From NCBI GenBank assembly GCA_046563655.1, contig CM102289.1:2604001-2668000 (forward strand): 64,000 nt of DNA, written 5' to 3'. Numbering within the stretch: the first letter of the stretch is position 1; each line of letters begins with the position of its first letter. The notes under the pieces are model-generated. The model had not been told where the DNA came from. It worked only from the letters and a program-made list of their open reading frames with translations, and searched no databases. The DNA is from Yuukianura sp. NJ FZ-2021 (taxonomy: Eukaryota). The translations under genes and the position numbers were made by a program. Shown in pieces: positions 49,701-63,116 of this stretch.

Positions 49701-52700
49701 CATGTATTGTATTGAGTGTGGAAATGGAAAGTTGTGGATGGACTCAAGGAGTTTAGCTTGAAATCAGGCGATGTTGTTGGTTCTAGAGGCAATAACAAAA
49801 TATTTGTACTGTAAGACTACAATCTAAAAGATGCTAGGGGAAATGGGATTTTTGGTAGAGAGGTTTTGAACTAAAAGGTCCCGATATCTCTCGAAAGCGG
49901 GAGTTTCGATTTGAGCAGAATTTATGTGTGTGTGTGGAGAATTTTCTTTGTGGAAAAAACTTTTCTCAAGATGGAAATGGCGAAATAAAAAAATCTAACG
50001 TAAAAACCTAACAAAAAATGGCCTCCCTCTCGGTCGAGACAATAATCCCAATCCGAAAAAAAAAAAATTCCAGAAATCCTTTGGATATTTTTCCAGTCCA
50101 CTTCAGCCCTAACCCTCCGATTTTTTGGACTACGCGAGACCACAATCCCTTTGGCTCGAAAAGTTTTTCAAAAATTTTGAATCCTTGGAATATTTCGAAA
50201 TCGTAAATTGAGGTTTAATGGAACAGAATGGTTTTTTAAAAAAAAAGAAAGTCGTAGATTCCAATTTTGCTCTGCTTAGGATTTCATTTTTCGACTAACA
50301 AAAAAAAACCTACAATACGGTATAATGTATCTAAAAATTTTAAATTAAATTGAAGTTTCCCGCTCAACTCCATTGTGATATTGCCTCTTTAGATTGACAA
50401 GATTCAGTTTCCAATGTTAGGGCATGCATGTGGGTGAAACAAACCCAAGATATTACGGTTTTTTTCCTGACTCGTGACAAATTTTGAAAAGACATAAAAC
50501 GTATAAAATTGAGCCAAAACTCCCACGTTTTCCCATCGTCCTTGTCTCCTATATTTTCATAATGCAGCCATAAATCCTGGAGAGCCACTCGTGCCATACG
50601 GAAACTGTCCTCACGTAACACCCGCAGTCCCACCATGGTGGCACTTTCGACCCACCATGAAACAAAAGCTTCTACCATGGAACAGAGCCCGAACGCTCTA
50701 GCACGGCAACTTATGAACCATCCGTGCTTGAACGTTATCTGATCAAACCTTACATAAGTTCAGCATAACAAGAAGTGAAGTTCTTCTTTAAAAATTTGTA
50801 ATTTAGCGTTTTCAAGTTCTTCGAAAAAATTGCCGGTTAATAGGCCACCCTCCATGAGTGTCAGGTAATGTCAGAAGATTTTGGTGTCCAGAGAGGACGT
50901 TCCTTAAGTACCCTCTCGAGCCCAGGGTCGTGTTTAAAAATTGAGCCTCTTGTCTTTTAGCTATTTTATGCAGGGTGTAGAAAGGCTGTAGTCCTTAATA
51001 AATTATTCGAGAATAATTTGGCAAGTGGGTGCTCTAAAACTGTCAATTTTATTGAGCACAGGTCTAAAAGTTATGATTCTCCAACCGCTTTTTCAATCAC
51101 GGAGACTTTAACTTTGCTCTACTACGGAAAATGTCTGCGTTTGCGTAAAAGAAAACTCAAAAACTACCGTGGATTTGTTCTAAGTTTGTAAAATTTTAAA
51201 CTATGCGGGTTTTCGCTACGCCGTTCTCTTGGGACTTTTTTTGTTTAAAAAAAAGGTTGGATGTGTATACTTTAATTTGCTAAATTGCGCAGGTTGCAGC
51301 ATTGGCGTTCTCTATTTGTTTTATATCCAAATTATTTAATTGAAAAAAATCTCAGTCTCACTTCATACTTTGTTTAAAATTGAACACACTTTGTCTCAAA
51401 ATTTGATTCGTGACAGCTAAAAATGCTCCTAGGAAATTTCAACCTATTTACAATAACAAAAAATTCAAAAAATGCAATTTGGCGGCGGGCTTTGTCAGAT
51501 TTAGTGTGTTATTTAAGTAATTTATGCTACGCAAAATTTTTCTTGTTAAATTTTATTTGTCTGTGGCAAATGAAATAAATTATGCCGCTCTTGTGGTTAC
51601 ACCCAATGGTCCGTGATGGGTGACTTTTGAAAAGTGAAACTTGAAACAACCGTTTCCGTTTACGAAACTTTCTTTACGTTTCTACCACAAGAAGAATCAT
51701 GAAGTAATTTGGACCGCCACGGTGGAAGAATTCGGTGCATAATTCAAAGTATTAAGTAAACAAAAGACTACTGGGAGATGTTGCCTAACCCAACTTAATG
51801 TAGGATTCACTAAATAATTCAAACTGTTTCTGCTATCAACCATTGTCGTAAATTAGAGACTAAGAGCAATGCATTTTAATTGAATCCACAATTAGACTTA
51901 AGTTACAGCTTAAAATACATTTAGTCTTTCCTAGCATGTTTGTAAAAACAGGATTTTTTTGGCAAACTTTTAGAAAATGAGCATTATTTTTCTAAGAAAA
52001 CACGGACTTCCTTATGGCTTCCATTTCATTCAGATGTTGTTTTCAGTAGCTTATTTATTGTTGCCATTATAAGAAAACTGCTGCTAAAGAATGAATCTGA
52101 AATTTCATTTCTTACGTTGGACTTTCTGAAAAGAAGGCGGTAAGTTTTGAACCTTTGCCAAAGGGGTGGTTCAAGTGCCCAAACTCTGCCTTGGAAACAA
52201 CAAATAAAATTTTGAAGACGTTATGGAAAAAAATCTGAGCGGGAAAGTATTTCATATACCAAACTCATCCCTTTATTACTTCCAGCATTGATTTTTAGCT
52301 CCAAATATGCTTGTGCGGGAAAGTAAAAACCCGTAAACTAACTTTAGGATCATAAACGTTTTTGTATCCTCTTTTCGAAAAATTTGATAACATTTGACAC
52401 TTCCGTGGTAGTTACAAACTGCCTATCTTACAGATATTCTCTACATTTCCTAAGTGAAGTTCAGCCATTCTATTTGAATTGATATTGTTCTAAATAATGT
52501 TCTAACCTAACCCTTCTTTAAAATATTGTTTCATAAAAAATGCTGTCACATTCCAATGTAACATAGTATGAACGGTTCCATATGCCATTAGATCAAAAAA
52601 ATTAGGTAAGCAGAATTGACATCAGCAGAAAATACGTAAGAGGAAATTAGGTAAGCAATGCATTTAGGTAAGCAATAGATTTAGGAAGGCAGAACATAGG

Positions 52701-55700
52701 TAAGTGGAAATTAGGTAAGCAGGAATTACATAAGTCCCAAAAGTAAAATTGAAAAAATCAATTTTTATTGTCTCTAAAAAAAACTTCATATAAGTTACTT
52801 TCACTAAACAAGAAAATAAGTTAAGTTAGCATAACTTTGTGTTAGGTTACAAATTAGGTTGTCGGCTTTGGAATTGTCAGCTATGACCTGCAACGAAATA
52901 AATTAGCCAACTTTTTCTACATATCTGCATGTACTAAAAAATAATGCCGCTGGTTTCCCGAGGCACCATGTCCTTGCTTGATGTAGTGCAGTAGAGAGCG
53001 TAACCCAACAATGTTCCAGTATATACAAAATAATTCCTATTCCGAGTCCCATACCCAAGATGTAAGTACTCGACACAATGTTTGAACTCAAAGTCATTTT
53101 CTTCGGTTGTTTCCGAATGTTGGAGAGTGTATCCTCCAAATGTTTTTCTCTTTCGTAAACCTCCCACATCCAATAACGCCAAAATGTGAATATCCCATTC
53201 TCCACAATGGCTTGCAACTTTTTATCAGCTCTCCACTGTACTAGTCGAAACAGTGGATAAGGACGTCGAAAAACAACGCCGGCTGGAACCCTAATCAGGT
53301 TCTTGCCTAAGCTAATACTCGGCGGTACTGAAACATTCGGAAACTTTCGTCCAATCAACAATGCATTATATACAAACTCATGAACTCTTTGTTTCGTTGC
53401 GACTATTGCAATCCTCTCACATTTCAGAAACTCCAAAATTGTCTCGTCCTTATGCGTATGCAGTCGGGGATCGTAACTCATATAGTCTATCTTACCGTTA
53501 GTCTCGTTATACTGCACACCCTCAGCCTTTGACGTGCTGTTTGGTATAGTTTCTAAGCCTACCATTGGAGACACCAACCAGTAATCATTATCAGTAGCAA
53601 TAGTATACTGGCGACAAAATTCCTTTGTTACTTCCGGTGTCTTCAGATACTTCTTTCTGAAATATTTTATATCCGATTTGAATTCAGATGTCAAGGCAGA
53701 ACATGGCTGGGTGTGTGTATTAAATTGCCAGTATGTAACTATTGGTTCAATGCCCAACTCTACACAATCGCAGTAGATGGGGTTAATGAAAATAAATGTT
53801 TGGTTCAAATGTCTTTTGAAATACATCAAGTTTTTTGCAGTTGTGCCTAGTATAAGAAATCTTCCTAGTTCCTCTACTGATTCCCACTTGTGGTACACCG
53901 TCAGTGGTCCAGATACTTTGGCAGTGATAATGCCCTTGTACGCATTCACCAGAACTACAGCTAGCAGCAGCCAAGACCCGAACACAATACGATGATTGTT
54001 CAGCATTCTTAGTTTTTCCAGAACCGTGTCACTGATACTAATACATACTTCAATTAGACTGAATAAGAGACTTTCCAAGTACTTCCAGAACAAAGCAGCT
54101 GATTGGTTTAACGGATGCCGTTGAAACCAAGACATGACAGCCAGTGCACCCGGAATGACTAATGCAACGACACCAAACATTCCAATCCAGCTACCAAAGT
54201 CAAATGGATCAAAGTAAATTTCGAACGACGTCGCCTCCGTCACTCCATCGCAAGTTGCAAATGTTATTTCAGTCATGTGTGTTATACGAGGCCGTTGAGA
54301 ATACGGAAACGCTTTGGAGTGTAACAACATATCTAGACTTAGGAATATTCCAAAAACGTATTTAAGGTGATCCGGTGGAATGTGATTTAGAGGCACTGTG
54401 AAACGATTGAAATAGAGTTTTTCTTTGACTATTTGATCTACGATTTCAACGGTGAAGCAGCTCCTGAATACTGAAATTAGCTCAAGTGCAACTACAACTT
54501 GCAGTATTTCTGGCTTATTGCTGGGCCATTGTACACGACGTCGCACTGAACGAACAGTTCTTCTTGCTGTTCGTGGAGTACCTCGTGGAGAACCAAGAAA
54601 CTTAGTCACGAGTTTATCCGTAATGTTGACGTCTTTTGAACGACAAGTGCCGCCTGGTTTTATGCCAAACCACACATATTTCCGGCTCTTCCTATATTTG
54701 TATAGTGTGATACGCATAAGGTTGTTGTTGCTAGGTAGACAACTGTCGTCTAGCCTACCGTTGTAGTAGCTTAACCGACATATTAGTGGAATACGGTACA
54801 AGTCGTCTCTTCTTTGAACCAGCAAACCTAGTCTAATAGCGTCAGTTGTAAAGTAACGTCGATGTCGCTCCTGACAGACGGCAAAGTTTTCACGAAGCAA
54901 TACAACGGCAACCGGGATTTCTTTGTTCCTCTTCTTATCAAATGTAGTTTCGTCCACTCCGAACTGACGAAACACTACAAAAGAGACTGTCGCACCAGGA
55001 AAAAACAAAAATTTGTACGAAGGTAGTCGATCAGTACAAAGGAAATTCAGTCCCTTCATTTTTAAATATACGAAAAAATACATTACACAAAATTGTGAAG
55101 TGGAATTTTGGATACCCAGATACGTTTCATGATGCCATTTATTCAGCGTGTTGTTGGTAAAAAAATCGTCGAGACTTTTCGGATTCGGACCAACGTCTCT
55201 AATTGTTAGCGGGAGGGATGGTGGGATTAGTCCAACTGTTGTACTATCGAAAAATATGTGGACGTTGCAATCGTTGTAGTAGTTCAAAAATTTATTGAAG
55301 TCAGCAACTACCATTTCTCGATGAGTTGCAAAAGAAGATGAGGACAAATGAAACATTGTTAGTACACAATAAATCATGTAAAAACTCATTCTGAATTCTC
55401 AGAATATGTGTTTTTAAGTTTAAGTTTAGCTGTTTTTAACACCGCCACTGATATAAATAAAATGTGCTCATCTTCCTAGCTTGAACTTGGAAATAGAAGC
55501 TTGAAATGCCGGCAAACCCAAAGCAGCTGAAGTTGTCTTAACTTTTGGTAGTGTTAAATATTAATTAGTTTTTGCACAAGATATTGCTTCGCGAGGCTAA
55601 AATGTTTTAGCACGGAATAATTTTAGTCGACTTCAGAGAACTTTTATTAAAATTGAAATTTAAAGAATCACGCTACCTAGAAAAAGTTTTTAAGCGAGCA

Positions 55701-58700
55701 TTTGGAAACTGGGTGTGTCATAGCACAAAATATTGGGAATGATTTTACGTTTTTGAATAAATGATTTTTAATATTTCACATTACTCTAAAACTGCAACTT
55801 GGCAAGATATTAAAACCGTGATCTATTACTGCGTCGACTCGTTCACCTTCCCTACTCTTAAAATACCTAAAACGTATTCACTTTTGCGTCAAAATTTAGG
55901 CATTAAAGTCAATTTTCTAAACGATTTGCTACATTTTCTAAGTTCATATTCGAAGAAAAGGAAATTAATTTCTGCAAAAAAATTTGAAGTCTGCCCACAC
56001 TCTAAGAGTAATGAATTTTGAAAACCAATACCAAACTTTAGCGCCAAAATGTACCAAGTTATCACAATAGCATACTTAAGTCTTGAATTACATTTGCCAA
56101 CCAAATATATACCTTCAACAATGTGTTGTCACTAACTAATCTTGTATTTTTTAAAAGCAAGGCAAATGTTCTTTGAAAACTTTAACATGAATTATTCCAC
56201 GCATTTGGTTTTAGCTAGAAAAGATTAAATAGCAAGAGGCTGAAAACAATTCATATTGATTGTTAGTAAAATTGATAATCTTCACTTTCTACAACAATAA
56301 ACTGCGATAATTACTTTAGGCTAAACGAAGCTTGTCTGGGTAGCCTAACTTCAAATTAGTTAATAATTTAGGTTTGACTAGGCTATTCTAAATCAAAATT
56401 TGCTTGAGCGAATGGTTTGTCCAAGTGATTTAATCTCAAACAAAAAAGTAGATTGCTGAAGCGATTTTTTTCCTGACGAGTTTTCTCATCTGAAGAAAAA
56501 GAGAAGATGTACGTAATAAATCTACGAGGTCAGCCAAGTTTTCCCATAGATTTTTTTCTACATACAAGTTAGCAATAGCAGTGGGGCAGCCGCCGCACAC
56601 AACTCTTTCCAAAAGAAAAATATTGTCGACAAATCAGAAAATAGTTGTGGAATTCTTGTTCAATTTTTGTTGAAAAAAAAAACTTCCACTCGCTAAGTCT
56701 GGAAAAGCAAGAGATCGAACATTTCCTTGATAAATGAAGAGAAAAAGTCCTCTTTTCCTATTCGAATTCTCTGAACCAAAAACTTACGCAAACAGTTGGG
56801 TGACGGACTCCTGTTTTCCGCAGACTTTCTCCTTTTCAAAATTTTTATACTTTCACTTTTTTTTATATATAAATTGCTCACTTCCCTACCAAAAATTCTT
56901 TTTCATCTCTATAAATCCGACTCAGTGACCCGAGTCATTTTCTTTCCTCATTTCTATCCAGAAATCTTTTTGCAAGTAACGGTAACGACTGTGCTGAAAG
57001 TAGCTCCCAGCATCCAGCATCCAGCACAAGAGCCAAGAGTTGAGCAAATCTACTTTCCAGTAACAGCTCCCTTGCCTCTCTCTCTCCCTTTTGCTTACTT
57101 AACATTTCTCTTTTAGTTAGGTTATGCTATGTGAGGGTCCTGCAGAAACAAGCCGTCGTCTCCAAATTTATTTCCAATTCCGTGCGGATTTGTTCCAGAA
57201 ATTACTTGTGTAACCAACGGCCTTTGCCATTTCTAGAAACACTTTGTGCAGAAAGGATGAGCAGACAAGGCTTTGTAGAAAACAAATAAGAAACAAGTCT
57301 CATCTCCTCCTTCTAATTTCAATTTCAGTTGGACTCAGCCTAGACTCTTCTGGAAGACAAAAGAGAAAGGCCACGGATCAATGGGTTCTCCAAACTAGTT
57401 GCCAAAGTTGGAAGAATGTTGTGTAGAATAGGAAAGATTCCCAGGAGATAAGCCTAACTTTCCGATTGATGAAACCACAAGAACCTTAAGAGCAAGTACT
57501 TTCTCCTCCTCAGAATCATTAGATGGCAAAACCTATCCTAAACAGAGTTGGGCATCACAGAAGTTGAGCTGGGCATTACGTCCAACTCCGCCTCTCCACG
57601 CTTCTTCTTCCTTAATTCGGTGTCTCAATGGGATCAACAGTCCAAACCAAATCTACTTTCACTTATTTAACGACCCAATTTCTCTTCCTATAGCTTCAGT
57701 TTTCCTTTCTTTAACTTAGGTTTTGGGTAAGGTTGGGTTTCTCCTAGGAGCTTTCCATTCCAAGTTCGCTGAACTTTCACTGCTCAAATCCTACTCAAAA
57801 CAAGAAGTTGAAAACCTTTCTTAAGTCTGATTTTCAACTTGAATGTGAAGGCTTTTCAAAAAGTAAGCCTCTCAGTTTCAAATTTTGGCGCGAAAAGGAT
57901 TTTTAGGCGCCTCCGACTTCGTCGCTAAGCAACAAAGTCCTTTCTCTTGAATAGAATACAATCGTTTTACATTACATTCTTTGGCATTCCAAGAATTTTT
58001 GCTTTGTCGAACACAAGGCTTTGAGTTTCTTTGTTGACTTTGAGTTTTTCTAACAGGTTGGGTAATACCTCATATTTTTTTGAATTTGCAAAAAGTGTCT
58101 TTTCATTTCAGGGCATTGTAGTCATAATAATACAGCCGAATTTTATAAATGTTGCACACGAATTGGTAGCAATTTTTCGGATTGGTACTAAAATGGGTAC
58201 CAATTTCTGTTTTGTTTTTGTCACAGGCAGTACCCAACCTGTTAAAAAAAATTAACTTTTCGTTGTCAAGGAACCTTGCTCGAACGCAACAACGCCAAAT
58301 AGTGATGTTGTATTGTGATATTCTTAATTTTGATTTGATTAGCTTAGATTAGGAACTTAACCTAACATAAAAGTTAGGCCGGAAATTACTAGTTTCTGGA
58401 AACGAGAGAAAGTGGAGTTGAAAGGATAATGTGAAGGACGAATCACTCTTGTTTCCTGCAGCAGACTTAAGCCAAGTTCCTATTTTGAAATCTCCTTCCA
58501 TACTGATTGTGAGTGGAGTACTTGCCATTTGGATAAGAAGAACCTTAAGAGTTGAAGGGCGATTGTTCTGGAAGTTGAAGAGCTGTATTTAAATAGAACC
58601 AGATTAGACTTGGAGTGCTTCCATTGTTTTCGTCTGCACTATCTTTTGCCACTAGGCATCATCTTAACACGATTAGGGCTCTTGCTCGGACAAAGTGTAA

Positions 58701-61700
58701 TTCCAGGAACCATAATATGGAGAAAGTCCAAAGCCTTTAATCCAATCTCTTCCTCGTGTTTCTCCTCGGGTGGTGCAAGAGCTGGTGGGAAGTATGAGAA
58801 GTTTTACTAAAGAGAAAGCATAGCTGGGCTGCAGTTAGAAAAGAGACTGAAGCGGAAGGAGCTCATCAAATCCTTCCTCAGGTTTCTTGCTCAGATGAAT
58901 GCTACCGGAAATTGAAAACTGCCAAATGCCTTCTAGGCTTTACTCAAAAGTTTGACGAATTAATTTAACCATTGCATAGGTGCAGGTTCTTACAACAGAG
59001 AACCGCTGTGTATCAAATCTTTAGGAGGAGTTGGAAAATCAAAACTCAGCAGGTCATGGTCCACATGGTGTTAGGACTACGCGTATTCTAACGCCTAGAT
59101 AAATTTTTGAGTATCAGAATCAGCAAGTTACGTTTTGAGTAAGATGAGTCTCTTGTGGTACAAAACTCACGTTCGTTCCCTTTACTTCAGCACATCATTT
59201 TCATTTCCCATTTCGCATTTTGCATTTAGGTTATTTTGTGCTGCTGAAAGTAGAACACTTTCCGTCTCCTTTGCCGACTTACTTGCAATTCCATGCCTCC
59301 AGAAACACTATATCATTCCTTTGCATTCCATTCAACTCAGATGCCCTCCAGTAGCATCATCCCACGCAGAGATGGAGGCAACAACCTCAAAGGTTATCAG
59401 AAGTTACGTCTACGCATAACAGTTTTGGAGAAACTCCGACTAACCTAACTTTGCACCAACCTTAAGGTTTTAAGGCGGGTTCACACCGAACCACTAGAAG
59501 GATTTTTCGTGCAGTGGACTGTAATCTAGTCGTTCACACCAGGACCATACTTACGTTCTCTTGATGCGTCGACCAGAGAAAGTTTGGGTGGATTTTTTAT
59601 CCATGGACTGAATTTTGATCCGTTCACAAAAAAAAAATCATTCGTGGAAATTTCTTCTTCACTGGATTTTCTTTTAGTATTGAGAGAGAGAGAGCAAAAG
59701 TTCACTTAATCAGTTGAAATTTTGGTCTGGATCGAAATCTATTTATATAAAAAAATATAAAAATCTGGTGTGAGTGAGTCAAAAATTTTTTCATAAACTG
59801 GACTGCATCTAGTGAATCATCCTGTGTGAACCTGCCTTAAAGGCGTAACTATGATTCCATCGTGTAGCATATCTACTTAAGTCCCACTGGGATTTAAGGT
59901 AGTCTGAAGTTATGAAAGCTAAAGGATTCAGAGAAAACGTTGATTTACATTTGAAGGAGCTGGGTATGACAGAAGAATTTAAAATTTTTGAGATAGAAAG
60001 TGCGCGTGGCTATGAAAAAGTCGAATGGTTCGAATTTATTTTGGCAAGTCCACAAAATTTTGAAAGCGATTTCTCTGGGAATCGATCTACCGGACACAAA
60101 GTTCTCCTGCGGAGCTTTCTCTTTTTCGCTGTTGCACTACTTGCTTTCCTTTTTTGGCTTTTTGGTAGAAAGTAGAAACATATTTTTTCTAAAAGCTGTT
60201 TATAACTTAATAAGAAAAGTTCTGTCCAGGGAAGCGTCATCCTCTTTTTATCATTTTTTGAAACAAATGAGAATGATATCTATAACGCATGTAGAAGAAT
60301 ATGTGTCTAGAACATATTTTCCCTCCCATGGGAAATTATGTTCATAAAAAATGAAACTATTGTTTACTTTCTTCCATATCTATCTAAACCGCTCAGGAAT
60401 TTTGGTTCTCACGTCAAAGTACTTTTCCCCACAAAAAAAATTTTTTTTTGTTTCGCCGGACTTAACAACTACTTTGCGCTAATTTGATTTCCAATTTTCG
60501 AAATTTTTCTGGAATTTGGAGATTTTTTGAATCTTCTGCTGTCTATATGTTCTCGTACTCAACTTTGTGTAGCATTATATACTTAGATGTGGCACCACCC
60601 GGGATTTTCGAAACTCCCGGGCACTTTGGATTTAGAGTGACATTGAATAGAAATGTTATTTTAGTTCTAAATGTATCCAATTACTCCTGCTCCACTGCAG
60701 TTAAGTCCATTTTCCTCTTGCGTGAGTCAGTTCAGTGCCTCAAAAGCAAATAAAATCATTCAAAGTCCTACACTCTTCTTTGAGTTTCCAAAAAGCAAAG
60801 ATCAACTTTAAGCCACGGGGAAATTTGAGACAAAATTTTGAAACACTGAAAATAAAAAACAAAAATTTCTTTAATTTCATTTTTTTTTGTATTTTTCTCG
60901 TATATTCACATATAGTTTGCGTGTCGAACAACATTTCAGCTTCCGTTTATGTTGAAACTGTAAAGCTGACAGGTCTTCTCCCTTAGTCAATATTAATTTG
61001 AATTTAAATTCGTTTCAAAAACCCGCCAATTTATTTCCTGACATGTCGGAGCTTATTGCCTCTGCACACAAGTGGATTAAACTACTTGATTAACCTCTTT
61101 ACTTTCCTACTTCAGCCATATTGAATAGAGATTAAAGTCAGGATGGATTGTATTAGGCAAGGAACTTATTGACTTTTTCTTCTTCTTAACACTTTCAAAT
61201 GCGCCCGCTGGTTCTTTTTCCGCTTTTCCTTCTCGAGTGTCTTAAATATGGATTTATGAATAAAATTTGGGAGGCTGAAGATGGGAAATGGTAACGGAGA
61301 TAGATGAGCCTTACGCCTCCAGAAAACTGAATGTGATGCCCCATCTAATATTCTGCTATTATCCTCGCATTCGTAAAAAATGATACTTTGTTGCTCCAAA
61401 AACGAGTGAAAAAAACTGTGAAAAATGAAATACAAGGCGGCACGTATTTTAAATCCAGTTACTTTTCTATAAAAAACGCAATACTGATCGTGTTTCAAGA
61501 AGTAGCTACCGATGCACTGTGCTTAAAAAGTCAAATAAAAAGAGTTAAAAAAAATTTAAAAGACAAAAAAATTGCGAAGTATGAATTCGTTTTAATTGTT
61601 TGTTTTTTTGGAAATGTATGAAACTGTTTTGCCTAATTTTGTCAACTAGTTTAGGTTATATTTCGCGAAGAGTAAATATACATGAGTAGAAGCGCATGCG

Positions 61701-62845
61701 TGTGCTGTGTTTTTGGTGAAAGTTGTTTTGGTAAGTTGAGTTGTGGGTATTGCTATGTTTTGAAATAGGAGAAAGTAGAAAGGAAAGTCCTAGGGCTTGT
61801 TTCGTTAAGCTCATTCCTTTGTGTATGTTATTCTGGTTATGTCCTAAAAGTGTCCCCCTCTAACTTGATAAATTTGGGAACTTTTTGGACACGGTGGGCT
61901 GCGTGGGAAAGGAATAATATAAGTTTTGGAAATGCTAGAACGAATGTAACGCGACAGGCCTAATCTGATCTGATCTTTAACCGGTACTTCCTTCCTTCCG
62001 TCTCGCGGTGAGACTAATTTCCACTTCACATGCATCAAACTAGAATCAAATGTCGCCCGCAAGGTGCAAATTTCCGAATTTCGCACTCCGGAGAAAACAC
62101 TGTTCATTTTTACTCTCACCACAAATTTCTTTTTTTACATCTGAATTTTAAAAATTTGGTTGAATTTTTTTTATAAAAACTTTTTTGTAAAGTGGGCAAA
62201 TTTGTGTAACTTTCGTCATGAGTTTTGACAAAAATTTGATTTCACTCCGTCCTGACATATTTCAGTTTGCTTTTTTCTCCTGGCCTTGCTAGCTCAATGT
62301 TTGGTTTGTTGTTAGGTTATATTAGGCTAACATGAAAATTGAACCTAAATTTCACTTAAACTGGTTAGACTGTAATAGGAAGTTGTTGTCAAAGTTTTTG
62401 AAGTGGACGGACAGCAGTGGCCGGAGATGTGGAGACTGAGTGCCTTCTGGGAAGGACAGTCCGATGGCATGCGTTCGGGAGAAAGTGGTCATTTAAAATT
62501 TATTGGAAGGTGCTTAATGATTCAGAGCTCGTGTACTACGCTGAGCGTTTCAAAGTGGCACTCAGGAAAAGTCCACAGAAAAACTGAAAAGCAAAAGTAG
62601 CAGTGAATTGGACTTACCAAGTCAATAAGTTGTGAGAGTCGCATGCCAAGTCGGACGAGGACTCTGTCCGTATTGTTGGAGACAGGTCGGATGAGTCTGT
62701 TGTAATTGCTTAGGAGGTCGTCGTAGAGGCGCTTCGCGTCGGGATTCGAAGTTGAGCGGGGCAGACTGCTCAAAATCAGGAGCACTGTGAAGGTCAGAAG
62801 GGAAAAAACAGGGAAATGCTGCAGGGGAATGCCCGCTCTCCGCAT
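37711..62845 (-). CDS. nAChRalpha2: Nicotinic acetylcholine receptor alpha2-type subunit, 8 coding exons, ~541 aa
   Basis: Exons 62845-62618, 45397-45353, 45225-45116, 44858-44678, 43540-43384, 42306-41866, 40042-39765, 37896-37711 in frame. alpha2 signatures [66 protein letters not shown]. Confidence 0.93.
42911..43353. mobile_element. Inverted-repeat element interrupted by a hAT MITE
   Basis: Left ctggactttcatggacggac and right tccgtccatgaccgtccag are imperfect inverted repeats with internal tggacg units. Confidence 0.55.
43071..43270. mobile_element. hAT-type MITE (200 bp)
   Basis: 8-bp target duplication cttatttg (43063-43070 and 43271-43278), TIR core gccaaaaatattta, homologous over its length to 63567-63769. 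Confidence 0.85.
52601..52734. repeat. ~15-bp minisatellite (attaggtaagcagaa consensus)
   Basis: About nine degenerate units, just downstream of the IR-like stop codon. Confidence 0.7.
52903..55389 (-). CDS. Divergent ionotropic receptor (IR/iGluR-like), intronless, 828 aa, nested in the nAChR alpha2 intron
   Basis: 2487-bp ORF with signal peptide, FATC...[10 protein letters not shown] before M1, [21 protein letters not shown] (M3-like), ENGIFTFW (S2-like) and terminal helix [24 protein letters not shown]. Confidence 0.82.
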   Translation of the reverse strand: MSFYMIYCVLTMFHLSSSSFATHREMVVADFNKFLNYYNDCNVHIFFDSTTVGLIPPSLPLTIRDVGPNPKSLDDFFTNNTLNKWHHETYLGIQNSTSQFCVMYFFVYLKMKGLNFLCTDRLPSYKFLFFPGATVSFVVFRQFGVDETTFDKKRNKEIPVAVVLLRENFAVCQERHRRYFTTDAIRLGLLVQRRDDLYRIPLICRLSYYNGRLDDSCLPSNNNLMRITLYKYRKSRKYVWFGIKPGGTCRSKDVNITDKLVTKFLGSPRGTPRTARRTVRSVRRRVQWPSNKPEILQVVVALELISVFRSCFTVEIVDQIVKEKLYFNRFTVPLNHIPPDHLKYVFGIFLSLDMLLHSKAFPYSQRPRITHMTEITFATCDGVTEATSFEIYFDPFDFGSWIGMFGVVALVIPGALAVMSWFQRHPLNQSAALFWKYLESLLFSLIEVCISISDTVLEKLRMLNNHRIVFGSWLLLAVVLVNAYKGIITAKVSGPLTVYHKWESVEELGRFLILGTTAKNLMYFKRHLNQTFIFINPIYCDCVELGIEPIVTYWQFNTHTQPCSALTSEFKSDIKYFRKKYLKTPEVTKEFCRQYTIATDNDYWLVSPMVGLETIPNSTSKAEGVQYNETNGKIDYMSYDPRLHTHKDETILEFLKCERIAIVATKQRVHEFVYNALLIGRKFPNVSVPPSISLGKNLIRVPAGVVFRRPYPLFRLVQWRADKKLQAIVENGIFTFWRYWMWEVYEREKHLEDTLSNIRKQPKKMTLSSNIVSSTYILGMGLGIGIILYILEHCWVTLSTALHQARTWCLGKPAALFFSTCRYVEKVG
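59474..59836. mobile_element. MITE flanked by TTAA (Kolobok- or Harbinger-like)
   Basis: TTAA|ggcgggttcacac ... gtgtgaacctgcc|TTAA, with further internal inverted motifs (cactaga/tctagtg, cacaccag/ctggtgtg). Confidence 0.78.
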
Positions 62846-63116
62846 TTCGGAGGGAAAAGGCTCTGCTCACGCCAAGGCCTTCTTCCTTGTGCTTTATTTG
62901 ACAAGCATGGTCCACTGGGCACATTCACTCCCTTTGTTCGGTACGTCTGAACCAAGGTTAGGCTAGTTTAGATGACTGGAGCACACAACGAACTGGAGGA
63001 AGTAAAAATATAAACTTTGGGACGTTCACTTTCTCCTTCCGTTCTCTGGTATTTTTTTTTGCTGGAGAAAGTTCTCGTTCCTGCTGGATTCCTGCAAAAA
63101 TAGAAGAAACGGCTAA

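Noticed and set aside
52601..52734. Repeat array as CRISPR-like or as clustered splice donors
   Set aside because: Units are contiguous with no unique spacers in a eukaryotic context, and the AGGTAAG motifs are antisense to both overlapping genes.
46000..62500. Numerous 60-130 aa ORFs in the large alpha2 intron
   Set aside because: Phe/Lys/Leu-rich translations typical of AT-rich non-coding DNA, many starting at non-ATG codons, with no motifs. Only the 828-aa ORF is credible.
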